From: Octopus bimaculoides
Lineage: Eukaryota
Length of the DNA: 64,000 nucleotides
Assembly (NCBI RefSeq): GCF_001194135.2
Contig: NC_068991.1
Location: 54,030,264-54,094,263, forward strand
Direction: 5' to 3'
The notes under the pieces were generated by a model that saw only the letters and a program-made list of their open reading frames with translations, made no database searches and had not been told where the DNA came from. Below are positions 39,821-52,366 of this stretch, in pieces. Made by a program: the position numbers and the translations under genes. How positions within the stretch are numbered: position 1 is the stretch's first letter; each line of letters starts with the position of its first letter.

Positions 39821-40219
39821 GGTGCAGGAGTGGCTGTGTGGTAAATAGCTTGCTTACCAACCACATGGTTCCGGGTTTAGTCCCACTGCGTGGCACCTTG
39901 GGCAAGTGTCTTCTACTATAGCCTCGGGCCGACCAAAGCCTTGTGAGTGGATTTGGTAGACAGAAACTGAAAGAAGCCCATCGTATATATGTATATATAT
40001 ATGTATGTGTGTCTGTGTTTGTCTCTCCCCCCCCCCCATCGCTTGACAACCGATGCTAGTGTGTTTACGTTCCTGTAACTTAGCAGTTCGGCATAAAGAG
40101 ACTGATTGAATAAGTACTGGGCTTACAAAGAATAAGTCCTGGGGGCGATTTGCTCGACTAAAGGCGGTGCTCCAGCATGGCCATAGTCAAATAACTGAAA
40201 CAAGTAAAAGAGTAAAAGA
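39821..40219 (+). mobile_element. tRNA-derived SINE family A, full length with TSD
   Basis: A and B boxes, CORE-like ggcaccttgggcaagtg, and atagaa(gg) on both flanks. About 20 further partial or decayed copies lie on both strands across the window. Confidence 0.9.
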
Positions 40220-40957
40220 ATAGAAGGCCAAAGAAAGTACTTACCCATTAGCATTCAGATTACTCTGTCAAATGTAATACTCATTTATTCTCATTATTTT
40301 CAGTTAATCATGCATTATCTCATTGCTTTGATTTTACATTTTTAAAATTACCTTGTAGGATGGAGAGGCTAGAGCAAGAGGCTGGATCTGGCCATGGCCA
40401 GTTTAAATGCTAACATGCCTGGAACCAAAGTTCAGCTAACCACTCCTTATCTTTAACCTGCCCACCTCATTCTTCTACCTTCAACACTCACCTCTCCTGA
40501 TCTCTGTACCTGATTCCCATTACTGTATCTGCCTATCAATATCTTTTGGGCAGTCTAGTGTTTAGAAATCTTAACTCTATACTCAAGTTCCTAACTCAAC
40601 ACTCCTTACTTTACTGTTTAAAAACCATATCCTTTCACATAAATTCTTTACTGAACATTCTTTGTCTTGTAACATGACACTCTAGTTCTCAGCCTTCAAC
40701 TCTCTACATATATCAACCATTGTAGTTACTTTCTCATTTGTATTTGGTAAGTCCAGAATAGACAAAACAAGTTAAAAAGATTTAATATATCTAAATAAAA
40801 TGCCTTTTATTTTTGGCCTTTTTCATTTTTCTAAAAAGATTACAATTCTCTTAATGTGCATTTTCACCCAGTTTTTTTTCTTTATATGATACAACTTGTA
40901 TGGAAATATCTTAACACTTTTCATGCTAATGAAGCTATAGAGTGATACACAAACATT

Positions 40958-41002
40958 CAACTATGAGTGCATTACATCTTATAGCAGAAACAGCTGTAAG
41001 TC
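40958..41002 (+). ncRNA. Degenerate hammerhead ribozyme motif
   Basis: aac-TATGA-gtgc...gca-GAAACAGCTGTA-agtc, with palindromic stem III ACAGCTGT. Confidence 0.35.
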
Positions 41003-41029
41003 AACAAAGTTCATGACATAATTTCTTTT

Positions 41030-42480
41030 GTCCATTCCTCCTCTGTGAGGCTCTGGGTCCTGAGGTCAGCCTTCACCACTTCATCTCATGTCTTCCTAAA
41101 TTTCCTTCTGCTGCAAGTTCCAATCGCATTAGGCTACTGGTACTTCTTTATATAGCTCTCCTCATCCACACTGACCACATGCTCATACCGGCACAGTCTT
41201 CTTTCTTGCTCACTACATCTGATTCCTCTTAAGCCTAGTTTTTCTCTCAGCACATTTATACTGCCTTCCATGCACACTTACATTACACATCCAACACAGC
41301 ATGTAAGCTTCATTTCTTTCCAGTTTTCTCAAGTCTTCTGCATTCAAGGCCCATTTCTCATTACCATGCAGCATTGCAGTTCTAGCACAAGTGTCATACA
41401 ATCTTCCTTTCACTTTAAGCGAAAAGGTCTTTGGATCAACAGCTAAAAGGAGTTCCCATGGACAGCCAGTCTTAAACTCCTCTGTTGTTGTTGTTGGCAC
41501 TTCGTCGCTTACGACGTCGAGGGTTCCAGTTGATCCGATCAACGGAACAGCCTGCTCGTGAAATTAACGTGCAAGTGGCTGAGCACTCCACAGACACGTG
41601 TACCCTTAACGTAGTTCTCGGGGATATTCAGCGTGACATAGTATGACAAGGTTGACCCTTTGAATTACAGGCACAACAGAAACAGGAAGTAAGAGTGAGA
41701 GAAAGTTGTGGTGAAAGAGTACAGCAGGGTTCGCCACCATCCCCTGCCAGAGCCTCGTGGGGCTTTAGGTGTTTTCACTCAATAAACACTGGCAACGCCC
41801 GGTCTGGGAATCGAAACCGCGATCCTATGACTGCGAGTCTGCTGCCCTAACCACTGGGCCATTGCGCCTCCACTAAACTCCTCTGTAAGACTATGATGAA
41901 TAAGAGAAGACTCAGGATTGAGTCTTGATGGACTCCTACCTTCACACTAAATTTGTCACTGAAGTCATTGCCAACTGCATCCTCATACATAGCTTCGTAC
42001 TGCCCTGACAAGCCACTTGTATATACCTAGTTTCTTCAGTGACCCCCAAGTTACTGTGTGTGGTATCCTGTCAAATTCTTCCTCCAAATCAGTGAAAGCC
42101 AGAAATAATGGTCTATTCTTAGCCAGGTATTTCTCCTGAAGTTGCCTCAATAGCAAGATTGCATCTGTGGTGCCCCTTCCACAGACAAAGCCAAACTGCA
42201 TCTCATCCAGGTTTACTCTATCATCGATCAATTGTGCTGATGACTCTGTGACTTTCAAAACTTGGTCTAGTAGTTTGATTCCTTCATAGCTGCTTCTCTC
42301 TAAGTCACCTTTGCCTTTGTGGCAGTTTTTGATAATACTGCTATGCCAATCATTGAGTATGACACCTTCCAGAATGACTTGATTAACTATCTGAGTGGCA
42401 ATCTTGTATCCTACTTCCTTAGATATTTTTAGCATCTCTGCAACTATTCCTTATGGTCCCCACCCCTACCAACACCTTCA
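41030..42480 (-). mobile_element. RTE LINE RT region (internally deleted), split by a SINE
   Basis: ORF 41983-42435 contains MQFGFVCGRGTTDAILLLRQLQEKYLAKNRPLFLAFTDLEEEFDRIPH. 41213-41460 contains KVKGRLYDTCARTAMLHGNEKW. Confidence 0.9.
41486..41873 (-). mobile_element. Full-length tRNA-derived SINE with 13-bp TSD
   Basis: Minus-strand head with A-box tggcccagtgg and B-box gtttcgattcc, and a (CAA)n tail. TSD taaactcctctgt at 41473-41485 and 41874-41886. Confidence 0.92.
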
Positions 42481-43601
42481 TAGATTTGATTACCTTGTCA
42501 TACTGCTGTCAACTTGAATTGCTGGTCTGTCTGTCTGATCAGCATAGGGTATTCCCTGTTTGTTTCATGCATTCCCCAAATTTGGCAGCCTTTCATAATA
42601 GCGCTTCCATGCTGGGGCAAAAGTAGAAAACATTTGCCGAAGGTGCCATGCAGTAGGAGTGGACCTGAACTACATGGTTGCAAAATGCAAAACGAGTTAT
42701 TTAATTACAGAACCTTTGATCTTAAAACAATTATTTCATTTAAATTTGGAATTTCCATTATTAAAAAGGAAGAAGTTTCCAACATCATTCATTATTCATT
42801 TGTCATATTCTCCATGATTTATGTGTATGACTAATGATATGTTGTTATGTTGACTTGTAAACCTTTTTTTCCTCGTGTATTTTGGAATCAAAACTATTTT
42901 ACAACTGAAATTTTCCAGAGTGCTGTTTAGAATTTTTTTCTTCTGATATTTAATAGTGTATCATAATTGTTTTTAGTTCATATTTTAAGAGATTTAAAAA
43001 ATTTCAATTGAAGCCGGATTTGTGAATATGCAAGACCAAATAAAACAAACTTGTGTGTATTGTAAGTTACATGCTTTCTTAAATAGTTGCTCATAGTTGA
43101 AGCATTATCAATGATCTCATGTTGGTATTTTTAAGCTAATATGTTCCTAACTCAACTTGGAATGTTAAATACTATTCTGCATTTTATCTATCTAACAATC
43201 AATTAGATGTATTTTCTTGATAGTGTTTTGTCTGTACTTCACAAATGCACTCATATAAGTACACACACACACACACACACACACCTGTGTGTATGTGAGT
43301 ATATATATGTGTATGTATGTGTGTGTATGTGTATATATACATACATGCACGCACACACACACACACAATAGTGATAAGTCAATGAAATTAGAAGAAATTG
43401 TTTTAAATCCTAACTCAATCTGTGGTTAATAGGTGTTATAATATTTCTCCTCCCCAATAAAATTTATTACACTCATTGTAAAAAAAATTCATATCACCTG
43501 CTTCTGTTCTGTTTCCACCAGAACCTCATGATATACATGAACAGATGGGACAGTGGAAAAATAGCAGCTTGCCTGAGATATCGCGTTACTGTATTCCATA
43601 G

Positions 43602-43820
43602 CAGTGTTCCCCAACCTGGGGCCATGGCAAAATTCAGTGGGGCCACAGAAGAATTTGCAAGTTAGGGATGGAAGGCACAGACTCAATGTTGAGGGCCACA
43701 CTACTATTAAGACAAAGCTGAAGTACTTTTTTCACTAATAATGTCTTGTGAGGTAGGTCCACAGGAAAATTACAACCTTTAACAGAGTGAGCATGAGCTC
43801 AAATTAAGTATGAACCACTA
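43602..43820. mobile_element. hAT MITE, decayed
   Basis: Termini cagtgttccccaacc / aagtatgaaccacta. The TSD is poorly conserved. Confidence 0.5.
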
Positions 43821-43973
43821 ATCTGTAAGTTAAACTATTACATGTCAGAGTACTTAAAATGTTTTTTTACTGAGCAGAGGTATGGTATGTCTGGACTAGT
43901 ACATCTGTAGATTGTATCTAGTCACTGACTAGATTCACGAAATGGTAACTGAAGCATAGAATTGTGAATTTAA

Positions 43974-44187
43974 CCCTTTAGGATTTAAACTGGCCATATC
44001 TGGCCAAATATTCTACCTGCTCTTGGTTCAAACCAGCCAGATCCAGCCTCTCACATCTACCCTACAAAACCATTCTAGAAATAAAGAATCGTATCATTGA
44101 AATCTCAAAGTTATAAGATAATGCATGATTAATTCCAAACAATCTGAATAAATAAACATTATGTTTGACACTCTGAACGCTAAAGGG
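43974..44187. mobile_element. piggyBac-like MITE (same family as 28412)
   Basis: TTAA|ccctttagg ... aacgctaaaggg|TTAA. A further partial copy in the opposite orientation lies at ~40244-40413. Confidence 0.85.
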
Positions 44188-45708
44188 TTAAGGTGCTGTT
44201 TGACAGCCATTAACTTCTGCTCTTGGGGAGTGGTGGGTAGCTCAATCTATACAGCATCGATCAAATTACCCCCAATTATGTCACTTTAATTTCTGAGTTC
44301 AAATTTCACTGAGATCAATATTTCCTTTTATTCTTCCAAGGTTAAATAAAATAGATTTATATATGGCTGATTAAACTGATTGTGTCCCTCCTTAAATTTG
44401 TGGCCATGTCTCTATATTAGAAATGTGTTATTGGGCCTGACATATTTCCCTCAGTTTGTCTATTTGGAAAACAGGTTCCATTTACATCTCAAAGCTGTGT
44501 GGTTTGCTAAAGGTAGCAAACTGTAAAATCTGTTTCTTTTGTATTGATGGAAATATATTTTTTAACCATCTCATGCTTTTTTTTTTTGTTTTTACAAAAT
44601 ACTGAAGTTAAAAATTAAAAAATTTTTTTGATATGAATAATACAGGATTACCTATGTGTAGAACTTTATAGATCTTTGTAATGAGTAAGAGAGAAAAAAA
44701 ATTAAACATGTATGTCCACTAGCAGTGCCCCAGCATGGCCAAGAATCCAATAATACATTTTCTTCTTTGGATACTGACTTAGAATTCAAACTTTTAATCC
44801 CGCCAAAATTTATCTAGAAATGATTTTTTTCCCTTACAGTAACTAGCCATAAGGCACATCACATGTTCAACATAATCCTTTCTATTTTTTGTGGGGGAAA
44901 GAAGCTAGTCAATTATATCACCCCCAGTGCACAACTGGTACTTATTTCACTGACCTGGAAAGGATGTGAAGCAAAACTGACTGACAGAATTCTAACTCAA
45001 AATGTTGAAATGGTCAAAATGCTGCTTAAGCATTTTGTCTGGCATGCTAACAATTTTGTCAGATCACCACCTTACATGTTTGAAATAATAAAATGTTTAG
45101 GAATATAATTCAAAAAGAAGTCCTCCCTTACTTTCTCCAGCAAAACTGAAAAAAATTCCAGTTTAAGTCTTTTACATTAACATCAACTTAATTTACATTT
45201 TCGGTGTAAAGTTACAATGATAAAGAGTGGGATTTTAGTATTCAAGACAATATAATTTTTTTTTTTTTAACAATGTCATTATAGCTTTAAAAAATATATA
45301 GGTGCAGGTGTGGTTCTGTGGTAAGAAGTTTGCTTCGCAATCACACCACATGGTTCCACGTGACACTTTGGGGGCAGGTGTCTTATGCAATAGCCTTGGG
45401 TTGATCAAGGCCTTCCATAATAATGAAATAATTGGTAGACAGAAACTTTTAGAAGCCTGCCGTGTGTGTGTGTGTTTGTATTTATATACATTCTTGTATT
45501 CTTTTACTTATTTCAGTTATTTGATTGCAGCCGTGCTGGAGCACTGCCTTTAGTCGAGCAAATTGACCCAGGACTTTTTCTTTGTAAGCTTAGTACTTAT
45601 TCTATCAGTCTCTTTTGCTGAACCTCTAAGTTACAGGGATATAAACACACCTGCATCGGTTGTCAGGTGATGTTGGGGGGAACAAACACACATACACATA
45701 CATATGTA

Positions 45709-45742
<34 letters not shown>

Positions 45743-45774
45743 AACTAACTATTGCTTAATCATCCTCTCACACC

Positions 45775-45822
45775 GTCTCCAATGAAGGGCTATAATAAAT
45801 ATCCTAGAAACAGCTGTAAGAC
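45775..45822 (+). ncRNA. Degenerate hammerhead ribozyme motif
   Basis: gtct-CCAATGA-aggg...tcct-a-GAAACAGCTGTA-agac. Stems I and III are intact; the core CTGATGA is mutated to CCAATGA. Confidence 0.55.
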
Positions 45823-46608
45823 ATTCTATTTATAAATGTTCTATATTATACACAGCCTTGGTTTTTTATCTCATTACGAAAAGTAAATCCTTATATATAT
45901 ATGTATATGAATATACGATGGGCTTCTTTCAGTTTCCTTCTACTACATCCACTCACAAGGCTACTTACCACACAGCCACTCCTGCGCCTATGAAATAATT
46001 GGTAGACAGAAACTTTTGTATATATATTATATATATTGTATGTATGTATGTATGTATGTATGTATATATATGTGTGTCTTTGTGTTTGTCCCCCACCACT
46101 GCTTGACAACTGGTGTGAGTGTATTTATGTCCCTGTAACTTAATGATCCAGTGAAACCAGGCTTCAAAAAAAAAAAAAAAGACAATTGGGGCCAATTTCT
46201 TTAACTAAAATCTTTCAAGGTGGTACCCCAGCATGGCCACAGTCTACTGACTGAAACAAGTAAAACAAAAGGTATCTATTTTTGTTGATATCTCGACTAA
46301 CACACAACTTATTACTTGCAGCCAGCTATCAGGACATATTGAAATCAACTATGTTTGAGGGTTTAATAATTATTCCTGACCTCATTCTCTTAATTGCCTT
46401 ACATACTGACATCTCATTAATTTCTATGGTTATCCTTTATTTATTTATTTATTTCATATCACAATTGGAGAACAAAAAACCTCATTGGTCACAGGTTTTG
46501 ATTGGACCATTCACTGTTTCACTGCATTTCTAGGTACAAAATAAACAGTGCAAATGATTTTCTTTTTTTTTTTTTTTTTTTTTTTTGGTGTGTGTGTGTG
46601 TATACACA

Positions 46609-46832
46609 TGAGGGGGGTACTGAGTAGTTCCTGGCTTTAAGAGTATCTCGGAAAGCCTGGTTGGAGACCCAACCTTCCGAGTTCTTTTACACGGTTTAGA
46701 AAAACTGAAGGACAGCTACAATAAGTGTGTAAATCTGTGAGGGGAATATGTATATGTTAACTAAAATCATAATTAACTGATCCTTTTGTATTTTCTTATA
46801 CTCAAAACGAGGAACTTTTCTGCACCTCCTCT
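46609..46832 (+). mobile_element. Mariner-derived MITE with transposase C-terminal remnant
   Basis: TIRs tgaggggggtactgagtagttcct / aggaacttttctgcacctcctct. Internal HGLEKLKDSYNKCVNL*GEYV resembles the mariner C-terminus. Confidence 0.75.
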
Positions 46833-47079
46833 TATGTAAGAACAGGCATGGCTGTGTGGTTAAGAAACTTACTTTGCAACTATTTGGTTTCAGATTCAGT
46901 CCCACTGCATGGCACCTTTTGCAAGTTGTCTTTTCCGGTAGCACCAGGTCAACCAATCCCTTGTGTGTGTGAATTTAGTAGATGGAAACTGTGTGGAAGC
47001 CTATTATGTATGTAAATGTCTTTGCCCTTCCTAAAGACCTATAGAATAAGTACTGGGGTCAATTTGTTCAACTAAACTC

Positions 47080-48290
47080 CATGAGGTGTACCGGGTGTAT
47101 GCTATGGACACATAAGAGGTACAGCAATATCAAAGGAAGGCTAACTGGGAAGATAGTTTTTGTGTGTAGCAAATGCACAGGGGCAATAAACATTGAAAAT
47201 GTACAGAAAACAGCTTCCATCACATGCCATGGGGGAAAAACTAGAAGTAGTTGATAGCTTCCGTTACCTAGGTGACCAAGTCAGTAGTGGGGGTGGATGC
47301 TCAGAGAGTGTAGCTGCTAAAATAAGAATAGCCTGGGCAAAGTTCAGAGAGCTCCTACCTCTGCTGGTGACGAAGGGCCTCTCACTCAGAGTGAAAGGTA
47401 CACTGTATAAGGCATATGTGCGAACAGCCATGCTACACAGCAGTGAAACATGGGCTGTGACTGCTGTGGACATGCATAAGCTTGCAAGAAATGAAGCTAG
47501 TATGCTCCGCTGGATGTGTAATGTCAGTGTGCATACATGACAGAGTATAAACGCCCTGAGAGAAAATTTGGACATAAGAAGCATCAGATGTGGTGTGCAA
47601 GAGAGACGACTGCACTGGTATGGTCATGTGTTGTGTATGGATGAGGACAGCTGTGTGGAAAAGTGCCACACCCTAGCAATTGAGGGAACCTGTGGAAGAG
47701 GTAGACCCAGGAAGACCTGGGATGAGATGGTGAAGCATGATCTTCAAACGTTTGGCCACACAGAGGCAATGACAGGCTACCGAGACCTTTGGAGATATGC
47801 TGTGCTTGAGAAGACTTGGCAAGCCAAGTGTCACATAACCAGCCCATTTAAGATTACCCTTCAATTATTGGGCAATAAACTATGCTTGAGAAGACCTGTT
47901 GAGTTATCATTGTTGTTGTCGATGCCAGTACTGCTTGACTGGCCCCTTTGCTGGTGGCACATAAAAAGCACCATTCTAGTGTGGTCGATGCCAGTGCTGC
48001 CTGACTGGCTCTGATGCTGGTGGCATGTAAAAAGCACCATTTGAGTGTGGTTGTTGCCAGTTCTGCACCCATTACACACTCAGAGTGGTTGGTGTTAGGA
48101 AGGGCATCCAGCTGTAGAAACCTTGCCAGATCAGATTGATAATGATACTTCTGATAATGGGGAAATATTACCTTATTTGGAAACAGATGAGAGTTGGCAA
48201 CAGGAAGGGCATCTAGCCATAGAAAATCTGCCTGAAGAAATTCCAGCCAACCCATGCAAGTATGGAAAACTTGAGGTTAAGTTGATGATG
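47080..48290 (+). mobile_element. RTE LINE 3' portion with tandem-repeat 3' UTR
   Basis: LEVVDSFRYLGD, AWAKFRELLPLL, LHSSETWAVT, RRLHWYGHV and GRGRPRKTWDE. ~64-bp tandem units lie at ~47920-48060. Confidence 0.9.
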
Positions 48291-48401
48291 ATTTGTTTGA
48301 CAATTAGAATACATAATAAATGAATAATGTGAGCAAATAAACATTTCAAGATGAATTTGTAACTGTTTAATGCAAGTTAAGAATTGGGTATCTGGTTTTC
48401 T

Positions 48402-48453
48402 GGGTGAGTCAGAAAGTAAGGCAATTTTATTTGCATTACTTTCCGGCTCACCC
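48402..48453. repeat. 52-bp perfect-loop hairpin (23-bp arms), probably a collapsed mariner TIR pair
   Basis: gggtgagtcagaaagtaaggcaa-ttttat-ttgcattactttccggctcaccc: 2 mismatches and 1 G-U pair. Confidence 0.7.
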
Positions 48454-49435
48454 TTGTATTAATTGGTCTTTCATATGAATATCTGTCATTTGAGAGTAAT
48501 GTGCAACACAAATGAATGTGTTGATTCACAGCTCTAGACTGCCAAAATAATACAGTAATTGATGTCATTGTTCACATAGACAAGTATTCAAACATGTTTT
48601 TTTTAGATATTTGACTGGGATAGTTTTGAAATACAACTTTAGAACATTATTTTCTAAAAAGCTCAATAAATTCCAATCAATCCATTACTAAGCAGGTTAT
48701 TTTTATTCCAAGGTCAGTCCTGATTGAGAAGACTAATCAAAGACATTCAACTATGGTTGTCCCATTTTTATTTATCCTTTTGCCTGTCTAAATCATTTTC
48801 ATAAGTTTCTCCTAAATACCCATGATTGCTTTCAAAGTTTTAGTTAGGCCTTATTTTATATGTTCCAAGTAATATAGAGCTTTCCTTTCATACGTCCCAA
48901 GTGGCTCTAGTGGTTGAATAAATTGGGAGTGTGTACCACATATGATGCATGGATGGCAGAAGAATGTGTTCAGTGTATCATGCAGGATTGGTAAAAGATT
49001 AAGAAACAATATCTCCAGAATTAACCCCGATAAATGTTTCCTTCTTTAATATCACACGGTGTGTTAAGGCAGTGAGCTGGCAGAATTGTTAGCACTCCAG
49101 CTAAAATGCTTAGCAGTATTTCGTCCATCTTTACATTCTGAGGTCAAATTTGTTCAAGGTTGACTTTGCCTTTCATCCTTTCGACGTTGATAACACAAGT
49201 ACCAGCTGAGCACTGGGGTTAGTGTAATCAACTTACCCCCTCTCCCCAAATTGCTGGCATTGTGCCAAAATTTGAAACCAGTGTCACTGACTGTGATTTG
49301 AAGGAAATTTGGTTGTTATTTCTAGCAGCTTGCGTGTTTACACAGAGGCTCCCTTTTAGTTTATAAACTCATCAAGATATCAACAAGGTGTGGTTGAAAA
49401 GCTGGTTTCTGTGTGAGAACTGGTTTCTCAAAATA

Positions 49436-49548
49436 TACTAACTTTTCAATCAAGAACTCCAGACTAGCAGTGCTGTCTTTCATTTCCTATTTATATGATG
49501 ATTTGATTGTATTGTGTTTATTAATTATCTTCTCCGTTCCAGGTAAGT
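49436..49548 (+). other. Candidate exon or recursive splice site
   Basis: TACTAAC at 49436-49442, AGs at 49453-49454 and 49461-49462, then ttatcttctccgttccag|GTAAGT at 49542/49543. Confidence 0.35.
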
Positions 49549-51984
49549 ATTCAACTGAAACATTTTATAAAGTAATGAGAATTTTGATATATTCGTTTAC
49601 CCCGCATCTCTTGAAAAGTTTTGAGTTTTCAGTCACATATGTATGTATATTGATTTAACTTCGTTTACTTTTCAAATGAAAAACAACAATTAGATTGTTT
49701 TATATTGATATTGCATCACTCAAAAATACAGTATTTGAATAGAAATGTTGTTTTTTGTATTTCACATGGCTGATTTAGTTTCTCAAAACATGTTTCGACT
49801 AGTGTGACATAAATATTTGTCCTTGTGGTAACTAGCTCACTTCAGGTATTCACACATGAGAGATTCACATTGAGTTTCATCCAGACATCAAGACAAAACA
49901 CATTAGCATACAAGTATATATATCATCATCGTCATCATCATTTAATGTCCGTTGTCCATGCTGACATGGGTTGGACAGTTTAACTATGCTGGAAGGCTGT
50001 GCCAAGATCCTGTCTGATTTGGCATAATTTTCTACGGTTGGATGCCCTTCCTAACACCAACCACTCCGAGAGTGTAATGGGTGCTTCTACATGCCATTTG
50101 CATGACACCGGTGTCTGCCACAACTGCGATTTTGCTTGGCTTGATGGGTTTTCTTCTCAAGCATGACATAATGCCAAAGGTCTTGGCCATTGCCTCCGTG
50201 AGGCCCAACACTCAAAAGGAACTTGGCCACTTTGTATATATATGTATGTGTATGTATATGTATGTATATGTATGCATATACATGTATGCATATATATGTA
50301 TGCATATATATGTATNNNNNNNNNNNNNNNNNNNNNNNNNNNNNNNNNNNNNNNNNNNNNNNNNNNNNNNNNNNNNNNNNNNNNNNNNNNNNNNNNNNNN
50401 NNNNNNNNNNNNNNNTCATCATCACCACTACCATCACCATCATCATCATCATTATTTTTAACTGCTTCCAGTATTGGCAAGTTGGTTGGGTCTTCAGTAT
50501 AGTATATTGTCATTCATTTTGGTTCCATTTCATCTGTTTTGTATGGTTGAACAACTTGAGATCTGACCTCTGCACTTTCTATGCTTTCCTTAGTCTTATT
50601 CTCTGCTGTGGGTACTTCCCACTCTCCACACCATTCAGTCCAGTTATTCATTCATATCCTACCTCCTATACCAGCTCTGGCCATCACTCATATACACACA
50701 TTGGTGCTGATAACTTTGCTGCCCATGTATTCTGTTCATTTATGTTCCACATTAATTTTCACATTATTGTAGCACATTCAACCCCACTGCATGGAAATTT
50801 GGGCAAGTATCTTCTCCTGTAACCTTAGGCCGATGAATGCTTTGTGAGTGAATTTGGTCGATAGAAACTGATAAAAGCCCGCCGTGTGTATGTGCTCATG
50901 CCTCTGTTTATCCCCTGCCACCAACTGATAGCTGGTGCTGGTTTGTTTACACCCCTGTAAATTAGCGGTTCAGCAAAAGAGACCAATAGAATAAGTACCA
51001 GGCTTTAAAAAAAAGTACTGGGATAGATTTGTTTGATTAAAAGCATGGCCACAGTCTAATGACTGAAATAAGTAACAAATAGAAGAAACCATTTACAATT
51101 CATTTCTCTCTAGGTGTGTGGATCTTGAACAGTCAATGTCCATATCTCGCTTATCATTTGGTTTTTTGTGGTCTTCTCTTCCCCTTCATAATGCCAATAC
51201 CTTTCTGTGATTATAAAAGTCCATTCATAACATACATATACACAGAAAAAGTCATACCTGCATGGATTAATCCAAAGTAGTTTATGTGATAAATATCACT
51301 TTACCATATCACTTGTTGTAACAAATCAGTGTTGGCTATACTTTCACCTTAACATTTATTATTATTATTATTAATTTTATCATTATTATTATTAAAATTC
51401 ATCTGCAATAAATTGCTTATGCTTTCGCCTTACTATTGTTTCCAGCTTCGCCTTACTGGCACTCATGCTGGCGGCATGTGAACAAAACATTGGACTGACT
51501 CCTGTGCAGGTGGCACGTAAAACAAACACCATTTGAGCGTGGCTGTTGCCGGTACCACCTGACTGGCCCTCGTGTCGGTGGCATGTAAAAAGCACCCATC
51601 ACACTCTCGGAGTGGTTGGCGTTAGGAAGGGCATCCTGCTGTAGAAGCTCTGCCATATCAGATTGGAGTCTGGTGTAACCATCTGGTTCGCCAGTCCCCA
51701 GTCAAATCGTCCAACCCATGCTAGCATGGAAAGTGGACATTAAATGATGATGATGATGATTTCATATTCGAGTCCGTTTAATGTAAACAACAACAATGGG
51801 ATAGAAGATGAAAAATGGGTAACGGGTGCATATGCCATATTACAGGAGCTCTTGCTCCTTTATTAACACCCATCCAACCCATTAACCATCCATGAACTCA
51901 TTGCTTAAATAGCCATTAAATGTAGCAGTGTAACATTATTGGTTGTACCAGTTTTACATATTAAACACATTCCTGGAAGCTGGT

Positions 51985-52366
51985 GTTGTTGGTTGGCACT
52001 CCGTCGCTTACGAGGTCAAGGGTTCCAGTTGATCCGATCAACGGAGCAGCCTGCTTGTGAAATTAACGTGCAAGTGGCTGCACTCCACACACACGTGTAC
52101 CCTTAACATAGTTCTCGGAGATATTCAGCGTGACACAGTGTAACAAGGCTGACCCTTTGAATTACAGGCACAACAGAAACAGGAAGTAAGAGTGAGAGAA
52201 AGTTGTGGTGAAAGCATACAGCAGGGTTCGCCACCATCCCCTGCTGGAGCCTTGTGGACCTTTAGGTGTTTTCGCTCAATAAACACAATGCCCGGTCTGG
52301 GAATCGAAACCGTGATCCTATGACCGCAAGTCCTCTGCCCTAACCACTGGGCCATTGCGCCTCCAC
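51985..52366 (-). mobile_element. Full-length tRNA-derived SINE with 11-bp TSD (same family as 41486)
   Basis: TSD tggaagctggt at 51974-51984 and 52367-52377. The head is near-identical to the 41873 copy. Confidence 0.92.

Noticed and set aside
41800-41873. tRNA gene (also the heads of the other SINE copies)
   Set aside because: The tRNA-like head runs into a SINE body, has a simple-repeat tail and TSDs, and lacks a complete cloverleaf.
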